DNA from: Lingula anatina
Lineage: Eukaryota; Animalia; Brachiopoda
Assembly (NCBI GenBank): GCA_051362555.1
Contig: CM120643.1
Span: forward strand, 19,224,848 to 19,288,847
Reading direction: 5' to 3'
DNA: 64,000 nt
This document shows positions 23,101 through 35,900 of the stretch, in pieces. The stretch's first letter is position 1; each line of letters opens with the position of its first letter. The notes under the pieces are model-generated. The model was not told where the DNA came from, ran no database searches, and saw only the letters and a program-made list of their open reading frames with translations. The position numbers and the translations under genes are program-made.

Positions 23101-26100
23101 AAGGCCGTTTTTACCGCTATCTTTGTCTACTTTTATTTCGACAAACACATCTTTCTTTAGTTAGACTAATTTAAAATCTGTTTGAGTATCCAATCATTGC
23201 ATCATCAAGGACATTTAACTTAATTGTATAGTACCACGCTAAGTTAACTTAAGGCAACGTTCTCCTAATGACTCAATCATAATTGAGACCTCAACTTAAT
23301 GCATTAATACGTCATCGTGTTGTTCTATGCTCCCGCTAACCATTATATTATCTATGAATTGGAAATTTTACTTGATTCCGTTTAACATAAAATTCATGTT
23401 TTTTAATGTATAGGACTACTTATACACATCACTTATGCCCTCATGGCACTCGTGTATCAAACGTTTATCATTCAACCATAACGTATGTACATACAAAGAA
23501 AGTGAAGAAACATAGGCAGAGATACAGTGAAGAGAAAGATTGTTATCGTAACAATAATCATGGTGATAATAAGTTCATTAACCTTACGACCAAAAGGTTG
23601 AAAATTTTCCAATTGTAGCGTTAAAAATGGATTTTTATAAAATTTTACAAAATGATCATTTTTAGGTCAAATACGTGATTAATATAAAAACATGAACTTG
23701 AAAGTATGACTTTTACTGAATCTTAAAAGGGCATTATGGAATAAATGAGGTGTCAAAAAGTTCGAAATGTGCAGTTCGAAAATCATATTTTATTTTGTCA
23801 TAGCGGTGGTCTTACTGAATTTCAGATTCATGATATTAACTCTTCTCAGTTTAAGTGTACACTTTATTACCCTGGTTAATACTTTCCTGTCAAATCAAAT
23901 AACAAATACAAAAGGCATTCGCCCCGAAAGAAAAAATACACCCCCCAAATGACTGTGCACCATTACTTGTCCATATATTGTATAATTACTATTAAACCAC
24001 CATTCTGACATTTTCGCAGATCTCACTACGCATTTCCTCAATTAAATTAGAAGTAAACCCTTAGTCCATTCTGTGTCATCACCTTCCCATAAAGTCGTTG
24101 GTTACTGTATATATTTTCTACGTATTGTACAAGCAAGTGTTACGCGTCAAAAGAGGTGGGTTTTGGTTTTTAAATTGTTCAAATTCCACTTTAGAGGAAC
24201 GAGTGATTTTCCTTCGGAGAAAAAATGGCACTGAAATAGGAAGGGGTACGATTTTAAATGGTTGAAATCATTTCGCCTTTCTGGACTTTACCGTTTGTAT
24301 GCTCAAGGTGACGCGTGCACGTGTGCGGGAGCAGGATGTCATGGAAGGTTCTGGGAAGGTGGGGAATTTCCACTCTCCACACTGAAGGATCTTTCTAATT
24401 GTTACAAAACCGGCTGACGTCCTTCGAGCAATTTTGTAACAGCTAGGAGAACCTCTTGTAGAGTGTTAGGAATTTCAGTGGTGAATAAGCTTTTAAAATA
24501 CGTAATGAAAAGTTTCGAATGATATCGTTTTTAAATATATATATAGCCGTTGCGGTGTCAAAGCACAGATATCACCAACATTAAGGTCCTCGGTAATGTT
24601 GTCAATGGGCCCTTACGTACACCAAATAGGGAGGAGCATTGAGCGCGCAATGTCCTACCACTTAAAATTTCAAATCAGAATACTCCAAATGGCAAAATGA
24701 TGCTAAGGTAATATCATCTAATGTGCCTTTATAGGACATGTAGCAGACGAGACTTTATTACGATTGACTGCGGTTCCTTCATTAAGGAAACGCTTTCTAG
24801 TCAGTGTCTAGATCCGCGGCTGTATGTCCAGGCCAGGCTAATACCTTGTAATGGTGCCAGGAAAACCTCATCGGGCGAGTCATGCAGCGACAAAAGCTTA
24901 AATCCAATGCATCATCTTTACCTAAAATTGAAAAAGAACAATTGAACTTGTTCAGTTCATTTTATCCAGGCTCATTTTAACATATATTTACCGGGGTATG
25001 CACATGCATTACGCGGTCTTGATAGCAGAAGGGCACCCAAGCAGTGAACATAGAGCTTAAGGATGACGGTGCAATTTTGTTTGCAACATTGTAAAAAAAC
25101 CCCTTAAGTTTAATTAATTGGTAATTATATACTTGCAAAGGTACAACCTGGATTATACCACGTTCCGATCTTGGATAAGTATTCTTTCCAAACAAAACCT
25201 ATACATGTATTGAGAGAGAGAGAGAGAGGTTCTCAACTAATATATAAGATAATAATGTAAGATAATATATCTACCGAATAAGGAAAAAGATATATTTTGA
25301 GAATAATTTTCATCAACTATGCAAGGAATTAATCTCTATTTGCATATACTGTTCATGTTTATATTTAATACCAGTAGAGGTTAAGGTATATTATATATTG
25401 TACACGTTTCGGGGGGGGGAGGTCTTATACATCACGTGATTAACATCATCAATATTATTAGTAATTTGCTACTTTGAGTTAAGGGAAGATGCCATGACAT
25501 CGTGTTATCAGGGGCGGGAGGACAGAGGGTGTGTCTGTCCTTGGAGACAGTACAAACCGTATATACCCTCTACCACACAGAGGGCCAGAGAGAGATTGTT
25601 TCACAAGATTTTTAATAAATTTGAAAAAAAAAAGATCTCACCTTCCTGACCCCTGATAGAGGGCAGTTCATATACTGTATACTGGTATGATATGTCTGTG
25701 TAGGACGGCCTTCAGACAGAGCTTAATCAGCGTCACATCGTTAAAATGCATGTATCTACAGTAAATCAAATAAAGAATCCGGCAGAGATCTTAGATAACA
25801 AGGAATATATAATGTGGGTCCGATACTGCTTTCAGTTAGTGATCAGTGTTTTTATAGAACGAAAAATGCTGTGTTTGTATACAGGCTGATATAAAAAGTA
25901 AACACATTGCTTGACGTAATACTAACAGTTAATACTAGAATGGAACTTGAAGTTCATTACCCATTTGACTTTCGCCGTACGGGAGGACGCTATAGGCAAG
26001 CTAATGAAAGTTCACCTTATTCAAGGCTTTCTTCAAGGTGAACATGACAGAGCATTGTTCCACTCTGTGTCATACACTACTTTCCAAATAAAAAGATTAA

Positions 26101-26510
26101 TGTAAAATGTTTTGAAAAAAGAAGTATTTTAGTTAAGAAAACTTGACCTTCCTATTAAAGCTATATTCAGGCGTGAACTTGAATCCATCCAAGTTTCGGT
26201 TTTCGTGACGACGGACGATGCATTTTGTCATTTGTTTAAAGTACCTGTTATTAAAAGTAAAGGTCAATGATTTTCTTCTGATTTGCCACATTAAGTGAAA
26301 GTCATCAGTTATACCCTTACTCATGTGACCATTAGTCACAACAACATCGCCCCCCCTCCCCCTCTCTCTCTCTCTCTTTCTCTCTCTCTCTTAAAAATCT
26401 AAGGGGTTAGTATAGTTCACGTAAAAGCCAGTGAACAGCATCAAATTAAGATGTCGGATCAAGTTCAGTGGAATATTCTATTACGAACCATCCAGTCACT
26501 GAGCGGATGT

Positions 26511-26523
26511 TAAGATGGCCGCC
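26511..26523 (+). promoter_or_regulatory. YY1-like motif AAGATGGCCGCC upstream of the putative CHS start codon
   Basis: Matches the YY1 consensus, about 340 bp upstream of ATG 26855; motif match only. Confidence 0.3.
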
Positions 26524-26854
26524 TCGATAGAGGCGTCTTATCAAAGAACGCAGGGCCCAAAAAGTCCAAGGTGCTACTGATCTCCAGATAACGCCTGACG
26601 CAGGCCTTCCCGATAATTTCACTCGGGCCGTTGACATAGCAACAAGACAATTTTCTCCGCTTAATTGCGGTCGATGATATTATAATTAAGTCACGATTAG
26701 CTGAGTTTGATGAAATAATTTGATAAAATAAAATGAATAACGGCGTGAATGAAAAGTGTCTAGCATACCATAACATTGTGTGGGGGACTGCAGCCACCCC
26801 GGGCGAGGAGAGTAGGGATTATGTGCTAGTAAATGGTTAAAAAAAGGGGAGAAA

Positions 26855-26978
26855 ATGAGTGGAAAAGGAAAGAAACCGCCCAAGAAAATCGTGGGTGTCA
26901 CTCCTAAAGGAATTCTCAAAACTGGGAAGAGAAGATCTAAGAAACCCTTGAAAACGCGTCTGGCGAATCTTCATGATG
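26855..26978 (+). CDS. CHS: CHS putative exon 1 (Lys-rich [11 protein letters not shown]...)
   Basis: AAAATGA start, open frame to donor G/GTAGGT, phase 1 matches the acceptor at 27667-27668; no homology support. Confidence 0.65.
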
Positions 26979-29900
26979 GTAGGTCATTTTAAAAAGCGTG
27001 ACGGTGAAGTAAGTTAAATACCACGACTGTACGTTTAAATTACAACTAATGTCATCAGACAGTTTTTGCTTAGAACCTTATTCAAATTGAACGACTTATA
27101 ATTACGTAAGACATGAAAAGCAACTCGCTATGGTCAGAACTCGTAATGAGGAACTCGCTGAGATCTTGTGGATTTCAGTGAAGTCCCGCGAAGTCGTACA
27201 ACTAAGCTTTCGAAGTGTAGTCAGTAACAAATCATGTGTAGTACAAGTATGGGTTGAAAGAAGATAGTACTAGAACCACTTGTACAGGTGTGCATAACCC
27301 AGCATAATAATATAAGGGTCATCATTAATAATGCCATTTTAATCAACTTTATCTTCAGCCTGTCGGATAACCCCTTGTCATTCCGATCTACGAGGATGCA
27401 AATTGAGGCATCTCCAGTAACATTACAAAATCTGCTTCTATAAAGATCTGTAACGTATGCGCTTTTGTCTTTAGTTTAGTGACAGAAAGAAATGGGTAAG
27501 TGACAAGTGATACAGTTGACCAAGAGCGTGTGTGTGTGTGTGTGTGTGTGCCTGCACGCGCGCACAACGGGTGCCATAAATAATTAATTCAATATGAAAG
27601 GGGAAAAAAACAAAACAAGCAATGTCGACAGATTACGATGATGCAATCTGTGAAATTCTCTATTCCAGCTTGTCGCCGCCTTCCACAGAAAGAAGAAGAG
27701 GACTACCCGGAGCCTCTTCCCGACCCTTCACTCCGAGATCCCTACCCCGGGGATAACCCAGGGTACGGCGCTGCGGGGTCGCCATATTCCGACTCAGACC
27801 CTTATCAGGACGACTCCGACGTTTACTTATTTCCAGCGCAGGCGGGCAACGACGAAGGCCTTTCAGACAAGGATTCGGTATTTGAGGAACCGAACCCGGA
27901 TTCGTTAGACCCAGACCCGTTTGAAGGGTACGAACTTTTCGACATGTCTGCAGGCAAGGGGCCAGCCCCCGGGCCGCCAACCAAAGTGATTAAAGGTGGC
28001 GCTCATAACCGCGACAGCACCAAGGACCAGAATAAAGGCGATGATCTGGCAACACTAGAAGTTCTGGATGAAAGGGTTATACTTGAAAATTTACATGTCA
28101 GATACGTCAATGGACAGTATTATGTAAGTTTATCTTTAAATAATTCTTTTTCTCGCATTCACTAGAAGTTACTCCTGAAAACCGCTGATACAATAGGGTG
28201 TGAGTTACCTCGTTTTAAATGTTTTGAACCGCCCTTTTTTCTACATTTTATTCATGTATGAATCCGACCCTGGAATTAACTAAAATAATTTTGTTAAAAT
28301 CTTACTTTCATCATCTGAAGGACCACGTTTACCAGTTCATATCTGGAGAAGTACTAGAAAAACCGCATTTGTCTGAAATAACTGCTATTAGCGCACGACT
28401 TCCTTGCCCTGCGCTTGTTTTCCCTGTTACTCACTCGGAGGAAGAAGATATAGCAGACGATAGGAATAGGCCTACAAGTTGTAACTAAGTGGCAGAATGT
28501 CACGAACCTCGTGGATTAATACATATACCTTGTCATTAGGCCAGACCTCCCTCCTACGCCGTCACGACCTATGATGTCATATGGGAGACATGGCTAGGAG
28601 TCTGGATGCCTGGAAATATTTTTTGTTGATTTTGTGATGTACGTTCAAGTAATGCAATGTGCTAAGATGTGTTTTATTTCTTAAAGGCCACATTCACCCC
28701 CTTCCCCCACAAAAAAAGAAAATAATTCAAGTACATTAAATTGAATTTTTACTAAATTTTTACTAAATTCTACTTACATTGCTGAATTTAGTGGCCTTCT
28801 TGAAGAAAACATTCCCAGTTTGAAAATATCATTCATATCTTGAAATAACAAAGATTTTTTTCATAAACCAATCTTTATGGATTTCTAGAAATTACATTAT
28901 TGGTTAGGGTTTGGGCTGCTATCCTTGCTCGGTACGGAAATGGCCGAATGCTTCCGATTTACCAAGACGGAGACGTCATAAAGATCTCACCAATGAGCTT
29001 CATGGCAGATCTCGCCCGAACTGCTTGGCATGAAAAACGCGTTACGAGACACATCGGTGGTTTTGCGGTGACACAGCGTATAATATTAAAGCCCCTGTAA
29101 CGCTTGTTTGGAAATCCCGATAGTTTGTGCCGAAGACCATAAAGAGGCAGTCAGTGACCCGGGGAGGGGAACTTTCCACGATTGGCTGGTAGCACACTTG
29201 TGTAGCAACAAGATGGACATTAGCTGCATTAATTCTGTCTTAATAGGGAGCTCTATATTTGGCCACCGTATAATTAAGTCATAAGGCTGCCGGTTGAATT
29301 AACATGTTCAGAAACCAAAACATTTGTGTTTTGGCTGGAAAGTTTTCCCTATTTTTATTCTTTTTGTCATTTCAATTTAATTCAATTTATTTCTGTACTG
29401 GTACATAGATTGTCATAACCTTGTACAATATAATATATTAATGACGATACAATACAATTGGTGCATTACCATTTCTCTATTTGGTAATTATGTTGCCTAG
29501 CCGTTTGTGAATGAAAAAATAATCTTTATATAATGAACATATGTACTAGTAAATTTACTCATAAAATATTCTATCTAAGCAGTGAGATAAGCCTTGGTGT
29601 GATTATAAACTATATTGTCATTTTTATACTTTTATTGTCTGGATGACTGCTTTGGGTTTTGTATCAATCTTTCTATCAACTGCCTGTCTTTGGAGTTAAA
29701 GAGGAAAATTAAATAAATAATAAACACTTGTCTTTTTCAAGCCCCACCAAAAGGGACATGTAATGATCCAACATTTTAGGATTAACACCTGTAAGATTTG
29801 ACCATCCCTTTTGACGACAGAGGTGTCCGCTCTTGGCCTGTCCTATTGACTGTCACCTGTACCCAGTGCATGGGGTGACAGGTAGATGTCATTTTACCTG

Positions 29901-32900
29901 ACATATCTCCTTGGTGCGTCACAATGCATTATCTACAATGTAGAACACAGCCTCTTAAATTAATTAATGTTAATTGAAAATTAAAATTCAGGATGGATGA
30001 GTAGTATGACATTTGTATTCCATCTTGATGTTAATGACAACACAATGTGTGACACAATATTAGATCCGCTGATATAGTTTTATTAATATGTATCAGCTGT
30101 TGTATAATTGAGTTTTGTCTAGAAAATGTATACTGAATTGAATAGGTGCATACTGTGAATTATATCCAGTCTATCAAATTCATTCGATCGGGGTTTCCTT
30201 ATCTTAAAAAACTACGTCTTTGCCTGTTTTGGCCAATACTTTTGATTTGACATCCCAAAATAAGAATCAGAAAAACGTTGTTTTATTGGCTGGATGGATG
30301 GGGTGGGAAACTCAAAAGAGGTCCACTTCGGTACCTATAAAAGAGGCTGTTCTATTCGCACACTTAACTAAAATGAAAAGGCAGGACTTAATTCTTAAAA
30401 CTGCATCAATTTATTAGCCTTATATGCTCTACTATTTCGTATAATTTGTTATACCCGAACCCCAACCGCTTGGCCGCATGAGAATTCGACCAAAATAATT
30501 TCCAAGATATCAAAGAATTTCTTATGTCCTGGCACTCGTCCCCTATCCCCAACCAACACAGTTTTTTTACCGTTCTTCTTGTCTTAATCTATTCAATCCA
30601 GAGATATAAAATCTACCAATTTATGCCTCCCTAGTTTTCAGGGCTGTGTCAGTACATACTGCAATTTACATGAAGTTTCTCGTTGACAAGAGCAAAGAGT
30701 GCCGTTGAGGCGGATTAATCTACTAACATCTTGATTATAAATGAGATTAAGGACCTAAGCGACAAAAATCCTCCCCCTTTCGCCCTCCAAGTCGTGTATC
30801 ACCCATGTTAATCAGCAGCTAAATGCTTTCACGACACCTGTGTGGAATATGTTGACTAACTTTGATATTTGTTGAGGAAATTTTCTGAGGTAGAAACAAT
30901 GGGATATTCACAATTTTTTTCTGTGTAGATAGCAATGAATGAAAGTGGTCGATATCATGAAAATATTTAATTAAGTCGAAAGTTAAATAAAAAACAAATA
31001 AATATTTTGTTTATAAAACAATCGATTCATGTATAAATCATAGCAGGTATCTAAAACCATTTTTGCACAAGAGAATGTTAATCCTAAATTAAAGTTACAA
31101 TACAAAAATATATCCGCACGCCTTAAGCAACCACGATTGCCTTCTCTTTGAGTTTACGCTTAGTTTATGAAATCTAATTTCTCTTTAATTTACTTTCAGA
31201 CATACATTGGAGATGTCTTGGTGGTTGTCAATCCATTTAAGACGCTGCACATATATAAAGAGCAGGTAGGATATAAGCCTATGACCTTCTACCACTTAAA
31301 CTTTTATTATTTAAATCTGTAGTTGAAATTTCCATTACTTGGATGATATTCCAATCGTCATAGAGCTAAAGTCTTTGGAATGGGAAAAAAGAATTGCTGT
31401 TTAACAGACTGAATTAGATTATTTTTATGTTAATGTCGATGTTTTATACACCTGAATTAAGAGATACCTGAATGACATTTAAACTTATCATGTATATGAG
31501 ACACGCAATAGTCTGGGTTCTTTATTCGTTATCATTTTGTCCAAAAATCTCCCAGCACTTGAAGAGTCACACCTAACACACTGTCCCACTAATTGTACCA
31601 CACCTAACACTCTGTCACACTAATAGTACCACACCTAACACACTGTTACACCAAATGCACGGTTACACCGAACATGTAGTAAGACAGTAGGTACTAAATC
31701 GTTTTCTCTTTCCAGGATCATGAGCTTTACACTAATGCCGACAGTCGTGCCGATCTCAAACCACACATTTTCTGGACGGCAGACTCGACATATCAGCGCA
31801 TGCGCAAAGACAACAAGAACCAGGTGATACTTGTGAGCGGAGAGTCAGGGAGCGGGAAAACTGAGAACTCCAAATTTGTGATCCAGCACGTGGCCTACCT
31901 GTGTTCTGGCAACTCGGATAAAAATATTTCAAATTTGCATAAAAAGATTGTCGAGGTGGGTTAAATAATTATATTTTAGTTTATTAAAGGAACTCAACCA
32001 TTTCAAAAATTATTATTGTACTTCTAATCGTTTTGCTGAAAATGTCTTGGCTGATTTGAAATAGCAAAATGTTTTTAATTTTGTTTTACCTAATGTTCTG
32101 GCAAACAAATGGGTGGTTTTGTTTTGGAAACTGTAAAAAAAAAAGTGAAGAGAACGCTTTTTAAATTTTAAATTAAATTTTAAATGGCGCTGTTTTCATT
32201 AAGTACTGTCTAACGCTACATGAACATTTCAGGTAAACCCACTTCTTGAAGCTTTCGGTAATGCCCGCACTGCAATGAACAATAATTCCAGTCGATTTGG
32301 AAAATTTGTTGACATGTACTTCACGAAATATGGGAAACTCACTGGAGGTAAATATCATGATAAGATAAGAAGGAAGCATAATCACTGCAAAGGATTTTAT
32401 TATTTAAGGATATTTTTAACTTTATAATTTTGCTCGAAGATGAGGCATGTAATAATGAAATAATATATAAAGTTACGGATATTAAAACTTTTTTTCTGTG
32501 AATTGCAGCACGTATCAGCGACTTCCTGCTAGAGAAGTCCAGAATAGTGCAGAAAAGTCCACAAGACAGAAATTTTCATATATTCTACTACTTATTTGCT
32601 GGAATGCCAAAAGATATGTTGGAGTACTACTCCTTAGAGAAACCAGAAAAATACAGGTAATATGATCTCTCTCTGTCTCTCTTTCTCTCTTTCTCTCTCT
32701 CTCTCTCAAACCCCTTCATTGACTTTTGCCAGTGTAGTATTTTCAGTCCATTGCATTTATTTCAAACTTAGTGCCAACATCGTTTACTCTCTGTTTCAGA
32801 ATCCTTCGAAATACGGACGGTACACCGATATTCGAGAGCCAACAACACATGTCCGTGTGCAAAGATATGTTCGTTCATCTCAATGACATCATGAAGTTAG

Positions 32901-35900
32901 TTGGTTTTATCGCGGAGGTAGGTTGTTCAAACAGTGGGTCATTAGCTATGATGCTGTACATTGTTAACGAGAGTAACAATCTCCGATTATGCTTTAGAAG
33001 CTCATTGTTCTAATATCATATACACTTCACAAGCATTTTGGTGCCACGCATACATGAAAGACGTGATAACCACAGGCGGGAAATATGTGATAACTTATAA
33101 CTTATCATCTGGTTACATTTATATAATGATATGTAGGAATAATGACACTAATGTACACTAATGTTGGAATGATTTAAATTATGAAACAGTAAGTGTGGTT
33201 AAAGAGGACTTCCTAACGAGAAAAGTTCGTTTTTTTACAAAATAAGATATAAAATAAAAAACATAAAATCAAGCACGAGTTGCCATCTTAAATATTTTAA
33301 CAGTAATATGACGACACATTTATTAAAATTGAAAATAACATGAAAAAGCACGCAGCTCTAGATGTGTCCTTCCTGTTCTAACACAGTCTTCAATCAATCT
33401 GTTTATTTATTGTCTATTCTCAATTGCATCGCACACCACCAGCTGTGCATTTCAGAGGGTCAATAGCTTTCCATTCAATTCTCTTCACAAAATATGGAAG
33501 CTAAACGTGGCACTTCAAGTAACATGTATGGTTTTCTGTTCAGGACATCGCGACAATCTTCACCTTGCTGTCCACAGTGTTGCACATCTCCAATATTGAG
33601 TTCGTGGATGATGAGGACACGGACGGCGTTTACATTGAAGATGAGGCTCCTCTGGACATAGGTAAATATCCATACTTATCTTCACGTGTAAATCTTTTTT
33701 ATGCTAAAAATTATCTTTTATTCTGGTTTTAACAAGTTTTCTAGCTAGCATAAGCCACATTTTGCGATTTAGGCGCACTGCTTTATAATTAATACCTGAA
33801 TAGTTTTAGACTGTATCATCAGAAAATTAAGTATGAAATTATTAGAAATAACTGTACAGTGCAGACCTACTGCAGACCCACACGTAGAAAATACATGTCA
33901 TCAATGAACTGCCATTCTACTTAATCGCATTGATAACATTCTGTATTATACTATTTTTCAGCCGCTGATCTGTTGGGTGTGAACGAGAGAGAACTGACGA
34001 AAGCTTTGATTTCCAACATTTCCCGCATATCAGGTATTCTGGTCGTGTGATTGAACCGTTTTGAACGCGTGCCCTCCAAGTTCTTTATTTGCTCGGGCTA
34101 AAGTCAAAAAGTACATTATTGAAAGACTCGTAAAATTGAGAGCATTACTATCACGTTAAGACATAATGTTAATTTTTCCAAAACTTTACTTAGGTTAAAA
34201 AAGGAGGTTATCTTTTCAAATATATTTTACTATTGCTTGATTAAATGCCTTAGATAAAATAAGACTGTTCACATGAAAAACTATTCTCTAAAAATCTATT
34301 TTCTATTCGCGGTATCTTGCGATCACTCCGAGCGCAGCCGAGAATTAATTACAGCTTTGGAAGTAACTGGCTCGCGCTGCCAGTAATTACGCCGCGGGGT
34401 ATTCAGGGCATAGACCGTGATCACAAGATACCGCGCATAGAAAACAGATTTAAAAAAAAAAGATTTTTCATGTGAACGAAGCCTAAAATAAAATATAATA
34501 ACACAAGGTCTATATCTCCAAGTGCATCACTAATAGCATAGACGACTACAAATTTGGGGTGGCAGTAGATTTTCCTTTCATATTAATTATAATCATACAA
34601 AACTGGTGTTTATCACTTGCTGTTTTGTCCATACAGGAGAGGATGTCGTAAGTTTGAAGAACAAACATCAGGCCAATGACGGACGAGACGCTTTGGCCAA
34701 GGCGCTGTACGAGCGTCTGTTCGGGTGGATTGTCGCACAGATCAACCATCAATTGCAGCCAGCCAAAGAACAAAGGTGAGGCAATTATAGACCTCAGAAG
34801 TAATTGGCTGTTTTTGAAGATTCTTATTCAAATGAGAAACACACAGTCGAACTCAGATTTGTGAATGGATTGATTATGCAAAGATTGCAACGAACTCTAA
34901 AAGAAAAGTTGCAAAAGCACATTCACAATAAGTCTGTTTTACAGTTTTTGCTTTTCAGCATACGTTTACCTTGCCACATTTTACTGCAATTGGTTTGTCG
35001 TAATTAACAGCATCTGTCACCAAGACTCATTTTTTAATATCTGTCAATTTCATTTTTCTTTTTCAGAAACGACAAAGGCCCCACCATGGGTATACTAGAT
35101 ATATCTGGTTTTGAAAACTTTAAAACTAACAGTTTCGAACAACTCTGCATCAACGTGGCGAACGAGCAGCTACAGTTCCACTTCAACAACTACATCTTTG
35201 TCCAAGAACAGAAAGACTACGAAGACGACGGCGTAGACTGGACTACTATTGAATTTAAGAACAACGAGAATGTACTTAACCTCTTTATGGAGGTAAGTGT
35301 GACGTCATACGTGACGTACTCAAAACACATGACGTAGATATTATTATAGGTCTTCGAGTTTACGTTTTGCATATATCAAATGTCCATGTACATGTAGATC
35401 CAGGTTTTTAGCTGATTTTACTCACTCTTTTCTTTTTTGCTTGTTTTCTTTCAGAAATACTCATTTAAAATTCCGATCTTCTAAGTGAAAAGTAACACAC
35501 AATTTTATAATCGCCAATGACGGTTTTTGATATATAATACAAGAATTGGCTTACAACCATCATACCGATTTGTCACGCGATTATATGTTATTTTGGTATA
35601 TTCCAACTTAATAAACCACATATAATGGAAACTTTGCTCAAACAGGTCTGTCTGGCGAAGTGTACCGTAACACACTACTTTTCCCTCTGTAATTTTTTTT
35701 CAACAAATAAACCAATGTTAATAGTGTCGTTCCACAGGCTAGGCGCAGCCAGTAAATCTGTTTGAAGTTGCGTCATGCTTACTAATAAGCTTCCACAGAC
35801 GGGATATTGTATCTAAATGACTAAACTGACATTGGACAGGATATATGGCATCGGCTTCACAACAACATCACAATAGGCATTGTAATAGTACGACATGTAC

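Noticed and set aside
28681-29260. Kolobok-like start TTAAAGGCCACA; similar TTAA-starting ends near 2650 and 2899
   Set aside because: No matching opposite terminus found by eye.
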